Shown piece by piece: positions 1 to 8,950 of a DNA stretch of 32,000 bases (position 1 is its first letter; each line of letters opens with the position of its first letter). Position numbers and translations under genes: made by a program. Source of the stretch: Parasynechococcus marenigrum WH 8102. GTDB taxonomy: Bacteria > Cyanobacteriota > Cyanobacteriia > PCC-6307 > Cyanobiaceae. The notes below the pieces were generated by a model, which saw nothing but the letters and a program-made list of their open reading frames with translations, searched no databases and had not been told where the DNA came from. The stretch lies in assembly GCF_000195975.1 (NCBI RefSeq), contig NC_005070.1, positions 390,001 to 422,000 of the forward strand, written 5' to 3'.

Positions 1-599
1 CGCACCATCTCAGCGCGGTCTGCAGGACTGGACGGCATCACCACCTGTTCTGCAAACACCAGTTGCTTGCGCCTCTGTTCTTGGTCGAGGAGCTGATCAT
101 CTGAGATCTCCTGGCGGTGCAATCCGGTGAGAACCGTGCGCTGACCGGCAAACGGACTTCCCTCCAGCATTCGGTCCAGCGCCTCACGATCCCGAGGGCC
201 ACTGAGGCAGACGAGGTCGTAACCCAGCCGCCAGCTCATGCCTTCCATGAACTTCTCCAGCACAACGCCGTTGAATCCGCAGAACAACAACGGTCGCTCA
301 CGACTGGGCAGCAATCCCAACGCCAGTCGGAAATCACTGATTTTGCTGCCGGTGAGGTAGACGCCAATGGCATCGAAGTGGAGCAGCTCGGAGTGAGTCA
401 GCAACTGCCCCATGTCCAGCCGCCAGAGATCACCAAGGGCAGCAGCCCGCTGCAGTATCGAATCGGGTGTTCCCTCACGCGGGATGGCGTTGATGGTGAC
501 CTGAACGTTGAGGTCCGACGGGAAGCGACATAGCGCTTCACAGGCCAACAATTGGCTGTCGCTGTCTCCGATCAGCAGCAGTTTGAACGGATCGTTCAT
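1..599 (-). CDS. Uncharacterised glycosyltransferase-like protein, paralog 3 of a tandem trio. N-terminal part only; the 3' end lies beyond the left edge.
   Basis: My own translation of the minus strand from ATG 599-597 stays open to position 1 (MNDPFKLLLIGDSDSQLLACEALCRF...RPLLFCGFNGVVLEKFMEGMSWRLGYDLVCLSGPRDREAL...). It is absent from the ORF track because no stop lies in the window. It aligns by eye with the N-terminal halves of the 596-1651 and 1648-2955 products. An ATGA stop/start overlap joins it to the upstream gene at 596-599. Confidence 0.6.
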   Translation of the reverse strand, partial: MNDPFKLLLIGDSDSQLLACEALCRFPSDLNVQVTINAIPREGTPDSILQRAAALGDLWRLDMGQLLTHSELLHFDAIGVYLTGSKISDFRLALGLLPSRERPLLFCGFNGVVLEKFMEGMSWRLGYDLVCLSGPRDREALDRMLEGSPFAGQRTVLTGLHRQEISDDQLLDQEQRRKQLVFAEQVVMPSSPADRAEMV

Positions 600-1651
600 G
601 GCAGCAACTCCTCCAGGCGGCGGATCAGGCGCGCGGCGCCGTCATGCACCCCCCAGCCCATGGACTGCAGCCAGGACGTGTTGACGGGTGGCACATCCAG
701 CAGTTGATCCAAGTGGTCGATCGACTGCAGGCGATGCATCAGTCCGCTGCCGAAGAACGTCGTTGTGCCTTGATCGGAGTGGATGCCGTAATCGCCGATG
801 AGCAGGGTTGGCCGGCCCCAGGCCATGGCGGTCAGGCTCCAGGGGGAGCTGACGCAGAGACAGGCACTGCAGCTAGCCAGCTGGGTCAAGAGCTGACCAG
901 GTGCACCAAACACCAGATTGTCGGGGAAGGTCCAATCGCTGGATTGGAACTTAGAGATCCAAGGCTGACCTTTCTCCCAGGCGTGGTCGCGTTGGATCAC
1001 AACCGACCACTCGGGGGACGTTTCGGCCCAGCGGATCAATTGCCGCAGCAACTGTGCTTTGGCACCGATCTGGGTGGGGATGGCCTCCTGAACCAAGGCG
1101 AGCAGGGTATGAGGTGGTTGTGGTGTTCCCCCATTGAGAGCTCCGAGGGGAGGACGTTCCGGAGAAAACCAATGCCCGATCGCCTCGATTGATGGACTGG
1201 CCACGCTCTCGGGCCAGAACTGTGTGATCGCTTCAAGCTCCCGTCGCTGACGATCTCCTGGCACCACCAACAGATCACAGCATTGGCTGTCGCATAGCTG
1301 ACGCACCAGGCTGTCGCCGAGGGAGGCCTGGAGAGGACCGCTGAACACCAGAGCTGGCCGCACACCACGCTGCCGTGCGAGGTCCCGGTGAGCATGGGTA
1401 AAGCGCTCAAGTTGGTCGCTGCGACGGATGAACAACCCAACGGCGCTGGCGGACTCCAACAGCTCATGGCCCAGCAGATCCATCAGGGTCAGTGGGATTT
1501 GCGGGGTGACGGAAGGCAGAGGGCTGTCTCGGCGTGAGGACAGTGCCGGTCCAATGGTCAGACAGGTCTGGCCGCAGCGTTCCAGCTGCTGTTGCAGCAG
1601 CTGGCAGGCCAGAGCGCTGCTGTCGTCATCACTGACCAGAAGGATCGTCAT
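596..1651 (-). CDS. Uncharacterised glycosyltransferase-like protein, paralog 2 (GT-B-like C-terminal half)
   Basis: This is ORF 596-1666. I prefer ATG at 1651 because it forms an ATGA overlap with the stop of the upstream gene (1648-1650). The resulting N-terminus MTILLVSDDDSSALACQLL matches paralog 3 (KLLLIGDSDSQLLACEAL). The C-terminal block LCVSSPWSLTAMAWGRPTLLIGDYG parallels ITVSSTAALEAMAMGVSTRIVGDLG of paralog 1. Confidence 0.65.
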   Translation of the reverse strand: MTILLVSDDDSSALACQLLQQQLERCGQTCLTIGPALSSRRDSPLPSVTPQIPLTLMDLLGHELLESASAVGLFIRRSDQLERFTHAHRDLARQRGVRPALVFSGPLQASLGDSLVRQLCDSQCCDLLVVPGDRQRRELEAITQFWPESVASPSIEAIGHWFSPERPPLGALNGGTPQPPHTLLALVQEAIPTQIGAKAQLLRQLIRWAETSPEWSVVIQRDHAWEKGQPWISKFQSSDWTFPDNLVFGAPGQLLTQLASCSACLCVSSPWSLTAMAWGRPTLLIGDYGIHSDQGTTTFFGSGLMHRLQSIDHLDQLLDVPPVNTSWLQSMGWGVHDGAARLIRRLEELLP

Positions 1652-2955
1652 CGCTCCCTTAGCCACCGAGACAACCAGCCGAAGCCCACCAGCCCATCGC
1701 GGAGTCGGCGCAGAAGGGTGCGGGTTTTATGCCGTTTTTGCTGGCTGGAGCGCGCGCCACCACTGCTGAGCATGCGGCGGCCGCCGTGACGGATGGCATA
1801 GGTCTGCCAGCTGCGGCTGCCCCAGCTGCCTGGTCCAAGGCCATCGGTTGGCAACGGGGGCCGGTCGCCATGCAGTTGTTTCAACAGGGCTGACAGAAAG
1901 ATCTCCTGCCCCTCGGGTTGGTGGCCGTGGCGTTGCAACCAGTCGACCTTGTGAACGGGTGTGAACGGGTCACGACAGATTGCGGCGAAGTCCGCAACGG
2001 CCCCTGATTCCGCAAAAAAGTGATTGCCCAGGGTCTCGGTGACACCGAGATCGCCAACGATGCGGGTGCTCACGCCCATGGCCATGGCCTCAAGGGCTGC
2101 CGTTGACGAGACGGTGATGGCGCAGCCGCATTGCCGCAGCAGCCGCGTGGCTGGCTTGAAACTGAGTTGCAGATTGGGGACCGTGTCACTCATACGCTCG
2201 ATCACACCAGCCATTTCGCCGTGGCGACGGTGCAGGGTGCTCTCGATGCTGGAGGTTCGCGGTTTGAAAATCACCGGATGATTGGGCCAGGCTTCCGCCA
2301 GCTCCTTGAGTTGCTTGCAGATGTAGCGCCGTTGCAGCGGATGGACCGGTATCGAGGGCTGCTCGAAGAACACAATCGATGGTTTGTCAGGCAAGGTTTG
2401 CTCGGATCTGGCGTTCCAGAGCAACGGCAGGCCCGTCACCACGGCGTTATCGCTGGACAGCCCCAGGGCCTCACGGCCGAGCCGATACTGGGCGAAATCC
2501 TGATCACTGTTGAGGCAAAGCAGGTCAGCGCCGGAACGATCCAGCATTCCCTCCAAGGCAAAGCGGAATAGCAGGCCTGGATAGGCACTGACCAGAACCG
2601 GGCGGTCCGTGCGGCGATGCCACTCCTTCGACAGCATCAGTAGCGCATCACGGCTGCGGAGACCGTCCAAACCCAGAATCAGAACATCGGTGTCACCGGC
2701 CATGGCGGCGGTGAGGCTGCGAAAGTCACCCCAAGCTCCCCTCTTAATCGTGGTGCGGCGGTCGGTGCGGCTGATCTCCAGGCGTTGGCGGCGAGAGAGA
2801 GCCCGGTTCGAGACCTGCAGCAGATGCAATGTCGTTTCAGCTCCCTCACGCCGGCAGGCGGCAAGCAAGGTCATGGCCACCTTGCCGAAGGAGTCGAAGC
2901 AGGCGACGGCGGCCACCTTTCTGCCGGAGAGGCGCTTATCGGCAGCGGGCGCCAT
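1648..2955 (-). CDS. Uncharacterised glycosyltransferase-like protein, paralog 1, with a basic C-terminal tail
   Basis: This is ORF 1648-2979 (TTG at 2979). ATG at 2955 gives MAPAADKRLSGRKVAAVACFDSFGK. The nucleotide-sugar-transferase-like C-terminal half reads IVFFEQPSIP...VIFKPRTS...ITVSSTAALEAMAMG. The gene lies directly downstream of the cytidylyltransferase on the same strand. The start is uncertain (2955 or 2979). Confidence 0.65.
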   Translation of the reverse strand: MAPAADKRLSGRKVAAVACFDSFGKVAMTLLAACRREGAETTLHLLQVSNRALSRRQRLEISRTDRRTTIKRGAWGDFRSLTAAMAGDTDVLILGLDGLRSRDALLMLSKEWHRRTDRPVLVSAYPGLLFRFALEGMLDRSGADLLCLNSDQDFAQYRLGREALGLSSDNAVVTGLPLLWNARSEQTLPDKPSIVFFEQPSIPVHPLQRRYICKQLKELAEAWPNHPVIFKPRTSSIESTLHRRHGEMAGVIERMSDTVPNLQLSFKPATRLLRQCGCAITVSSTAALEAMAMGVSTRIVGDLGVTETLGNHFFAESGAVADFAAICRDPFTPVHKVDWLQRHGHQPEGQEIFLSALLKQLHGDRPPLPTDGLGPGSWGSRSWQTYAIRHGGRRMLSSGGARSSQQKRHKTRTLLRRLRDGLVGFGWLSRWLRER

Positions 2956-2981
2956 CGTCGGGCTCCGGGAATTCGGCAAAA

Positions 2982-3662
2982 CTAACTGGCAGTGAGAGCC
3001 GCAAGGCTGCGGCAGAGGGCCAGATCGGCCGGTGTATCGATTTCCGGCCCCGAGTCATCGATCACCACCGGTTGCCAGGGGGCACAGAAGCGGCTGCCTT
3101 CGGCGCGGAAACAGGCGGTGCTCATGGCGTAGATCGCACCGGTTTCCAGAAAAGCTGGCTCCAGGTCCTGCCGCCGTTGACGGGGGTGTTGAGGGTCGTG
3201 GTTGATCCCGCGGCCATCATTGCGCCAGAGGAAGCCATGCCATGGCGCGACGGCGAAGGCACTGTTGATCTCCGGATTCTCAAATGCTGTCAGCACCTGG
3301 TCGATCTGTGCACCGCTGGTGAAAGGAGATGTGCACTGCAGGAAGACCAGCAGGGAAGGCAGTGGCCCTTGCTGTTCCAAGGTGTCCAGGGCATGCAGCA
3401 GGGCTGATTCGGAACTGGCCGTATCGCCTGCAATGGCGACCGGGCGACGCACCACCTCGGCGCCATGGCTCTGGGCTTCTCCAGCGATGGCGTCATCGTC
3501 GGTGCTGACCACCACCCGATCCACCCCGCGGCTCGCGAATGCAGCTTGCACGCTGCGAGCCACCAGGGAGAGCCCGCCCACCGCTTGCAGGTTCTTACCG
3601 GGTATCCCTTTAGAGCCGCCCCGCGCTGGAATCACAGCCAGGGCTCCAGCGGTCGCGCTCAT
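2982..3662 (-). CDS. neuA: Acylneuraminate (nonulosonic acid) cytidylyltransferase family protein, NeuA-like
   Basis: The N-terminal motif ALAVIPARGGSKGIPGKNL is typical of CMP-sialic/nonulosonic acid synthetases (CTP_transf_3 family). Further matches include VVVSTDDD, FLQCTSPF and ETGAIYA. I start the gene at ATG 3662 (MSATAGALAVIPARGG). The Pro/Ala-rich extension to 4028 in the ORF track is antisense to kpsC and was rejected. Sugar specificity cannot be read from the sequence. Confidence 0.85.
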   Translation of the reverse strand: MSATAGALAVIPARGGSKGIPGKNLQAVGGLSLVARSVQAAFASRGVDRVVVSTDDDAIAGEAQSHGAEVVRRPVAIAGDTASSESALLHALDTLEQQGPLPSLLVFLQCTSPFTSGAQIDQVLTAFENPEINSAFAVAPWHGFLWRNDGRGINHDPQHPRQRRQDLEPAFLETGAIYAMSTACFRAEGSRFCAPWQPVVIDDSGPEIDTPADLALCRSLAALTAS

Positions 3663-3694
3663 CAGAGAGGATTCAGGTCGCTCCCTCCTACCCG

Positions 3695-5680
3695 ATGATT
3701 CAGCGATTCGGGGTGCCGGAGATCGGTCTACTGGCCCATCGCACGGTGCCGGCGCTGCTGGCTCCGGCGCAGTTGCTGCCGGGCCGGCGGCGGGATGTGG
3801 AGGCGTTGCTGGCCTGGGGGCGACGCCCCAGTGCCCGGCGGGTGGAGTGCTTGGGTCGACGCTGGCAGCTGCCGGTGTGGCATCTCGAGGATGGTCTGCT
3901 GCGCTCCTTGGCCAAGGGCCGCCAGCACCCACCTCTGGCGTTGTTGGTGGATGACCTGGGGGTTCATTTCGATGCCACCCAGCCCAGCCGGATGGAGCAG
4001 CAGATTCAGCAACCGCTGACCCCTTCACAACACAACCGGGCTCGTGAACTTCAGCAGCGGTGGTGTGCTCAGCGGCTGAGCAAGCTCAACCCCGCCCGGG
4101 AATCACCGGCTCCAGCCGAGCCCTTTGTGCTGGTGGTGGACCAGTCCGCCGGCGACTGCTCCATCGGCCTCGGGCAAGCCGGGCCGGAGAGCTTCCGGTG
4201 CATGTTGCAGGAGGCGCTGCGGGATCAGCCGGACTGTCTGGTGGTGGTGAAGGTGCATCCGGATGTGATCCGGGGCCGCGCCCGGGGCCATTTCCGCCGG
4301 CGGGATCTGCAGCACCCGCGCATCCGCATCTGCGCTGACGGATTGCACCCTGCCGCCCTGTTGGAGCAGGCCCTGGCGGTGTATGTGGTGACCTCCCAGA
4401 TGGGCTTCGAAGCACTGCTGTGGGGGCGAACGGTCCACTGCTTTGGCATGCCCTTTTATGCCGGTTGGGGGCTGACCCATGATCGTCTTCCGGCTCCGGT
4501 CCGTCGGGTGCAGATGGTGCCCTTGGAAGCGCTGGTGCATGCGGCGCTGGTGGCGGGCACCCGTTGTGTGGATCCCCATCACCATCAGCCCTGCCCGATC
4601 GAAACGCTGATGGATGCCATCGGGCTGCAACGCCGCCTGCAGGGGGCGGATCCTCAGCGGGTGGAGGCCTTCGGGTTTACGCCCTGGAAGCAACGCAGCC
4701 TCAAGCGCTTTCTGGCCGGCAGTGAGCTGCGCTTCCGCCTGCCGCGGGCGTTGCCGGGGCCACGGGCGGAGGCTGTGGCGGTGTGGGGGCGGCGGGCGCG
4801 ACCACGCCTGCTGGCCACGGCGCGCCAACGGGCGCTGCCTGTGCTGCAGGTGGAGGACGGCTTCCTGCGTTCGGTGGGGCTGGGGGCGGATCTGATCGAT
4901 CCGATCTCCTGGGTGGTGGACCGCCGGGGGATGTATTACGACGCCACGGAGAGCAGCGATCTGGAACATCGGCTGGCAACAGTGCATTGGAATGAGGCCC
5001 AGTTGGAACGGGCTGAGGCCCTGCGCCAACAGCTGGTGGAGCAGGCGATCACCAAGTACAACCTGTCGGGAGATGGGTGGCAGCGCCCCAAGGGGGGCCG
5101 GCGGGTGGTGTTGGTGGTGGGCCAGGTGGAAAGCGACGCTTCAATCCGCTACGGCGCTCCCGGGATCACCACCAACCTTGCGCTGCTGGAGGCTGTTCGG
5201 GCCGCTGAACCGGAGGCTTTTCTGATTTACAAGCCCCATCCGGATGTGGTGGCGGGCCTCTGCCGCTCCGGGGAAGGGGAAGAGCGGGCTGGGCAGGTCT
5301 GCGATTGTCTGTTGGGCGATGGTTCGATCCATGCCCTGTTTGAGCAGGTGGATGCCCTGCATGTGCTCACCTCACTGGCGGGATTTGAGGCGCTGCTGCG
5401 GGGGGTGGAGGTGAACTGCTGGGGCCTGCCGTTTTATGCGGGTTGGGGTCTGACGAATGACCGGTTGTCGTCTCCTCGGCGGGGGCGGCCGCTGCCATTG
5501 GCGGCGTTGGTGCATGCCGCCTTGATTGATTACCCCCGCTACGTCAGCCGCCACAGCGGTTGGTTCATCACTCCAGAACAAGCCATCGAGGAGCTGGTGG
5601 CCTGGCGGGATGCACCTGCGGCTCCACGCACCCTGGTGCAGGCCCTGTTCCGCCACTGGGGGCGACTGCGCAGCCGCTGA
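3695..5680 (+). CDS. kpsC: Capsule polysaccharide biosynthesis protein KpsC (two-domain beta-Kdo transferase)
   Basis: The 661-aa product has an internal duplication typical of KpsC. The first half reads VVVKVHPDV...VTSQMGFEALLWGRTVHCFGMPFYAGWGLTHDRL. The second half reads LIYKPHPDV...LTSLAGFEALLRGVEVNCWGLPFYAGWGLTNDRL. The N-terminus (ALLAWGRRPSA...WHLEDGLLRSL) resembles E. coli KpsC. Confidence 0.9.
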   Translation: MIQRFGVPEIGLLAHRTVPALLAPAQLLPGRRRDVEALLAWGRRPSARRVECLGRRWQLPVWHLEDGLLRSLAKGRQHPPLALLVDDLGVHFDATQPSRMEQQIQQPLTPSQHNRARELQQRWCAQRLSKLNPARESPAPAEPFVLVVDQSAGDCSIGLGQAGPESFRCMLQEALRDQPDCLVVVKVHPDVIRGRARGHFRRRDLQHPRIRICADGLHPAALLEQALAVYVVTSQMGFEALLWGRTVHCFGMPFYAGWGLTHDRLPAPVRRVQMVPLEALVHAALVAGTRCVDPHHHQPCPIETLMDAIGLQRRLQGADPQRVEAFGFTPWKQRSLKRFLAGSELRFRLPRALPGPRAEAVAVWGRRARPRLLATARQRALPVLQVEDGFLRSVGLGADLIDPISWVVDRRGMYYDATESSDLEHRLATVHWNEAQLERAEALRQQLVEQAITKYNLSGDGWQRPKGGRRVVLVVGQVESDASIRYGAPGITTNLALLEAVRAAEPEAFLIYKPHPDVVAGLCRSGEGEERAGQVCDCLLGDGSIHALFEQVDALHVLTSLAGFEALLRGVEVNCWGLPFYAGWGLTNDRLSSPRRGRPLPLAALVHAALIDYPRYVSRHSGWFITPEQAIEELVAWRDAPAAPRTLVQALFRHWGRLRSR

Positions 5681-5700
5681 GGCGTGCCAGGATCTTCCCA

Positions 5701-7728
5701 GTGCTGTACGGCGATTTGGGCAGGGGACGGGCGCCGGCACTGGTGCAGGTGCGCATCGAAGGACCGGTTCTGCTGCTGATGGGCCCGATCGGGCTGTTCT
5801 TTGCCCGCTTCAGCCGATACCTGCAGGGATGCGGCATCCCTGTCACCAAGGTGCGTTTTCCTTTGCGGGAATTCGGCTTCCCTTCGGACGTGTGTGTGCC
5901 GTTTCAAGAGCCGATGAAGGCCTGGCGGCCCTTCCTGCGTCAGCTGCTGCAGGAGCGCGGCATCCGCCACATCTTCATGTATGGGGACTTCATCATTCCC
6001 CACCGGATTGCCATTGAAGAGGCCCAGGCGCTGGGGATTGAGGCCTGGGTGTTTGAGCTGGGTTATCTGAGGCCCAACTACGTGACCCTGGAGCGGGACC
6101 GGGTCAACGCCCGCTCCAACCTCAACCAACCCGCGGCCTTCTATCGCAACCTGCCACCGGTGGACCAGCTGCCACCAGACATCGTTCTGGATCCGGGCTG
6201 GCGCTGGCGCAAGGCCTGGAAGGCTCCCACCTTCATTCAACACGCCTTCACCCGCTACCCGATCATTGAAGGCGAGCACAAACTGCAGCCCACCCCGGGC
6301 TTCCTCTGGTGCCAGCTGCGCGGTAGCTGGCGTTACTGGCTGTACCGCTGGCAGGAGCGAAACCTGAAGCGGCGGCTGCTGGAGCACCTGTCCTTTTTTC
6401 TGGCGGTGCTGCAGGTGTCCAGTGATTCCCAGATCCAGCTGGGGTCGCCCTACCGCGGCATGCACGACTTCATCGAAGACGTGATCCGCTCCTTTGCGGC
6501 CCACGCCCACAGCTCCGACCATCTGGCCTTCAAGCACCACCCGCGGGATCGGGGCTACAACCACTACGGCAGCCTGATTGCTGTGCTGGCGCGCCGCTAT
6601 GGCGTCTGCGAGCGGGTGCATTACTTCCACGACGGGGCCCTCAGCCGTTACCTGCGCACCTGCCGTGGCGTGATCACGGTGAATAGCACGGTGGGCCTGC
6701 AGGCCCTGTTCCATGCGGTGCCCACCAAAACCATGGGCAACACCTTCTACAACCTTGAGGGGCTGACGGATCAGAAGCCTCTGGATGGCTTCTGGAGGGA
6801 CCCCCAGCCCAGTGACCGACCGCTGTTCTGGCGCTTCTACCACCACCTGGTGATGACCACCCAGGTGAACGGCAACTTCGATGGGGACTTTCCCTTCCGG
6901 ATCACCTTCCCGATCGGTCCAGAGGCTCGCCAGCTCGATCCGCTGCCGCAGTTGCAGCCGCTGCGGCCGCGGCCACGGTTGAACCCCCTGCTGCTGCCGG
7001 CCCGGGTGCTGGCTCGCCTGGGGTGGGCGGCCCTGGGGTTTGTTTTATACGGCCTGCAGCTGCCTGCGGTGCTGCTCCGCCGATCGGACTGGGCGGCTCA
7101 ACTGATGACCTGGGCTTCTGCTGTGGCGTTGAGGGCTCTCGGGGTGCAGGTGGTGGTGGACGACAGCCAGCCCAGTGAGCCGGCCGCGGTGCCACTGGTG
7201 CACATCTTCAACCACCGCAGCCCCTGTGATGGCCTTGTGATTCAGGGGGTGCTGCGCCTGCCGGGCATGACCACGGCACAGCTGCATCTGAAGTGGGTGC
7301 TGCCTGGCTATGCGGCCGCGGCACGCAATGCCGGCTCGGCCGTTCTCGATCATCGCCAGCCCAGTTCGCGGCTGGAGGGAATGATGCGGGCCTCCGCGTT
7401 GTTGCGCGACCACGGCCAGATCATGCTGGCCCCCAACGGCTCCCTGGTGACGCCGATTGAGCAGCGGGTCTCCCCCAGCGCCTGGATGCTGGCCCAGCAC
7501 TACAACGGTTGTGTGGTGCCCTGGCTGTTCCGCTACGACGGACTGGAAGGGGCCGTGGGAGCCAAGTACCGTCCTCTGGCGTTGCTGCTGAGCCGGTTGA
7601 CGGCTCCGCTGGGGACGATCCATTGCCGGCGGGGCCGGTCCCAGGATCTGGTTCTGCCGATGGATCCCCGAGACCGGGAGGGGTTCAGCCGGGCTGTGCA
7701 GGCGTACTACCAGCAAGCACAAGACTGA
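5701..7728 (+). CDS. kpsS: KpsS-like capsule biosynthesis protein (beta-Kdo transferase) fused to a C-terminal PlsC/OlsA-type lysolipid acyltransferase domain
   Basis: One uninterrupted frame runs 5560-7728. KpsS-like features include VLLLMGPIGLFFARF (compare the E. coli KpsS N-terminus LLLQGPMGPFF), FLAVLQVSSDSQI, FKHHPRDRG and VITVNSTVGLQALF. These are followed by a Pro-rich linker, a hydrophobic segment and acyltransferase motifs. The start is uncertain: GTG 5701, GTG 5743 or ATG 5779, all downstream of the kpsC stop at 5680. Confidence 0.85.
   Translation: MLYGDLGRGRAPALVQVRIEGPVLLLMGPIGLFFARFSRYLQGCGIPVTKVRFPLREFGFPSDVCVPFQEPMKAWRPFLRQLLQERGIRHIFMYGDFIIPHRIAIEEAQALGIEAWVFELGYLRPNYVTLERDRVNARSNLNQPAAFYRNLPPVDQLPPDIVLDPGWRWRKAWKAPTFIQHAFTRYPIIEGEHKLQPTPGFLWCQLRGSWRYWLYRWQERNLKRRLLEHLSFFLAVLQVSSDSQIQLGSPYRGMHDFIEDVIRSFAAHAHSSDHLAFKHHPRDRGYNHYGSLIAVLARRYGVCERVHYFHDGALSRYLRTCRGVITVNSTVGLQALFHAVPTKTMGNTFYNLEGLTDQKPLDGFWRDPQPSDRPLFWRFYHHLVMTTQVNGNFDGDFPFRITFPIGPEARQLDPLPQLQPLRPRPRLNPLLLPARVLARLGWAALGFVLYGLQLPAVLLRRSDWAAQLMTWASAVALRALGVQVVVDDSQPSEPAAVPLVHIFNHRSPCDGLVIQGVLRLPGMTTAQLHLKWVLPGYAAAARNAGSAVLDHRQPSSRLEGMMRASALLRDHGQIMLAPNGSLVTPIEQRVSPSAWMLAQHYNGCVVPWLFRYDGLEGAVGAKYRPLALLLSRLTAPLGTIHCRRGRSQDLVLPMDPRDREGFSRAVQAYYQQAQD
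7012..7728 (+). other. Domain: membrane-anchored 1-acylglycerol-3-phosphate/lyso-ornithine-lipid acyltransferase-like (LPLAT) module within the KpsS fusion
   Basis: The hydrophobic segment LARLGWAALGFVLYGLQLPAVLL lies at about 7012-7080. The HX4D motif NHRSPCD is at 7210-7230. An FPEGTR-like block, MLAPNGS, is at about 7423-7443. The preceding linker is PLPQLQPLRPRPRLNP. Confidence 0.7.
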
Positions 7729-8950
7729 TGTTGTGACCGCCAAAGCCGAAGGCGTTTTTGAGCAAGAGCCGTTGGCCTTGATCTGAAGACAGCTGCACAG
7801 GGCCCTGGTTGGCCACCGCCAGCTCCACCTCCGGATCCAGGGGATCGGCGTTGAGGCTGCCGGGCAGTACGCCGAGGCGCAGAGCCTGCAGGGCCAGGAT
7901 GGTTTCCACCGCTCCGGCGCCCCCCAGCAGATGGCCGAGCTGGCCTTTGGGGGCGCAGACCGGCAGATGATCGGCGGCGCTGCCGAGGCTGCGCCGCAAT
8001 GCTCTGGCCTCCGCCAGATCGCCGAGGCTGGTGCCGGTGGCATGGGCCTGAACGCCACAGAGGTCCGAGGGGCTCACATCCGCCCGGCGCAGGGCATCAT
8101 CAATGGCACGGCTGGCCTGCAGCCCCTGGGGTTCGGGGGCGACGATGTGATGGGCATCGCTGCTGCTGCCGCTGGCCAGCAACCAACCCAGATCAGCTCC
8201 TGCTGGCGTATCCCGCTGGCGCATCAGGGCCAGGACCCCGGCACCTTCGGAGAGCACGAAGCCATCTCGACCGAGGCCGTAGGGCCGGGAGGCCTGATCG
8301 GGGGCATCGTTGCGGCTGGAGAGGGCGCGCATGGCGGCAAAGCCCACCAGCCCCAGTCGATTCACCGGTGCTTCGCTGCCCCCGGCCAGCACCAGATCGG
8401 CGCGGTCGTCGTTGAGCAGCATCTGGCCCAGCATCAATGCTTCGGCGCCGGAGGCGCAGGCTGACACCGGGGTGTGGGCACCGCCGAGCAGACCCAGCTC
8501 AATGGCAACCTGGCCAGCGGCGGCATCCGGAATCAGCATCGGCACGGTGAGGGGGTTCACCCGGCTTGGTCCACCCGTGCTGAGTTGCGTGTGCTGATCG
8601 TGCATGGTGGCGAGTCCGCCGATGCCGGTGCCGATGACCACGGCGATGCGACTGGGATCGAGCCCTTGGGTGATGGGACCGGTCATGGCCCAGGCCTGCC
8701 GGGCGGCCACCAGGGCGAGCTGGGCACAGCGATCGGAGCGGCGGCGGAGCAGGGGCGGCAGGCTGTCGAGGGCACCCGTTGGGACGCAACCGGCCAGTCG
8801 CACGGGTAAATCCTCGCTCCAGGGAGCCTGCAGGGTCTGAATGCCACTGTGGCCGGCGATCACCGCATCCCAGGTGCTGTTTGCATCGGCTCCAAGGGGG
8901 TTGAGGGAACCCCACCCCACCACTGCTGCTGGTTCAGCTCTGAGAGCCAT
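7685..8950 (-). CDS. Beta-ketoacyl-ACP synthase, KAS I/II type (FabF-like, locus-dedicated copy)
   Basis: The active-site Cys context is PVSACASGAEAL. The His motifs are VQAHATGTSLGD and KGQLGHLLGGAGAVE. The C-terminus is NAFGFGGHNISLVL. I place the start at ATG 8950 (MALRAEPAAVVGWGS), which overlaps the ACP stop by 17 nt. The ORF-track start at 8998 would overlap by 65 nt. Confidence 0.9.
   Translation of the reverse strand: MALRAEPAAVVGWGSLNPLGADANSTWDAVIAGHSGIQTLQAPWSEDLPVRLAGCVPTGALDSLPPLLRRRSDRCAQLALVAARQAWAMTGPITQGLDPSRIAVVIGTGIGGLATMHDQHTQLSTGGPSRVNPLTVPMLIPDAAAGQVAIELGLLGGAHTPVSACASGAEALMLGQMLLNDDRADLVLAGGSEAPVNRLGLVGFAAMRALSSRNDAPDQASRPYGLGRDGFVLSEGAGVLALMRQRDTPAGADLGWLLASGSSSDAHHIVAPEPQGLQASRAIDDALRRADVSPSDLCGVQAHATGTSLGDLAEARALRRSLGSAADHLPVCAPKGQLGHLLGGAGAVETILALQALRLGVLPGSLNADPLDPEVELAVANQGPVQLSSDQGQRLLLKNAFGFGGHNISLVLAGSTPAQPG

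Noticed and set aside
117-533. A 138-aa plus-strand ORF at the left edge
   Set aside because: It is antisense to the open minus-strand frame that is paralogous to the two neighbouring genes, and no motif is recognisable.
3663-4028. A 122-codon N-terminal extension of the NeuA-like ORF (Pro/Ala/Gly-rich: ...PPTTPEVGAGGPWPRSAADHPRD...)
   Set aside because: It lies antisense to the well-supported kpsC N-terminus and has high-GC shadow-frame composition. The internal ATG at 3662 gives the canonical NeuA N-terminus, with the IPARGGSKG motif starting about 10 residues from the start.
4103-8058. Long antisense ORFs opposite kpsC, kpsS and the KAS gene (4103-5029, 5539-6846 and 7045-8058, all minus strand; also 3202-3954 plus strand)
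   Set aside because: Their Arg/Pro/Gly/His/Gln-rich, motif-free translations are typical of open shadow frames in high-GC DNA. The opposite strand carries unmistakable domain signatures.
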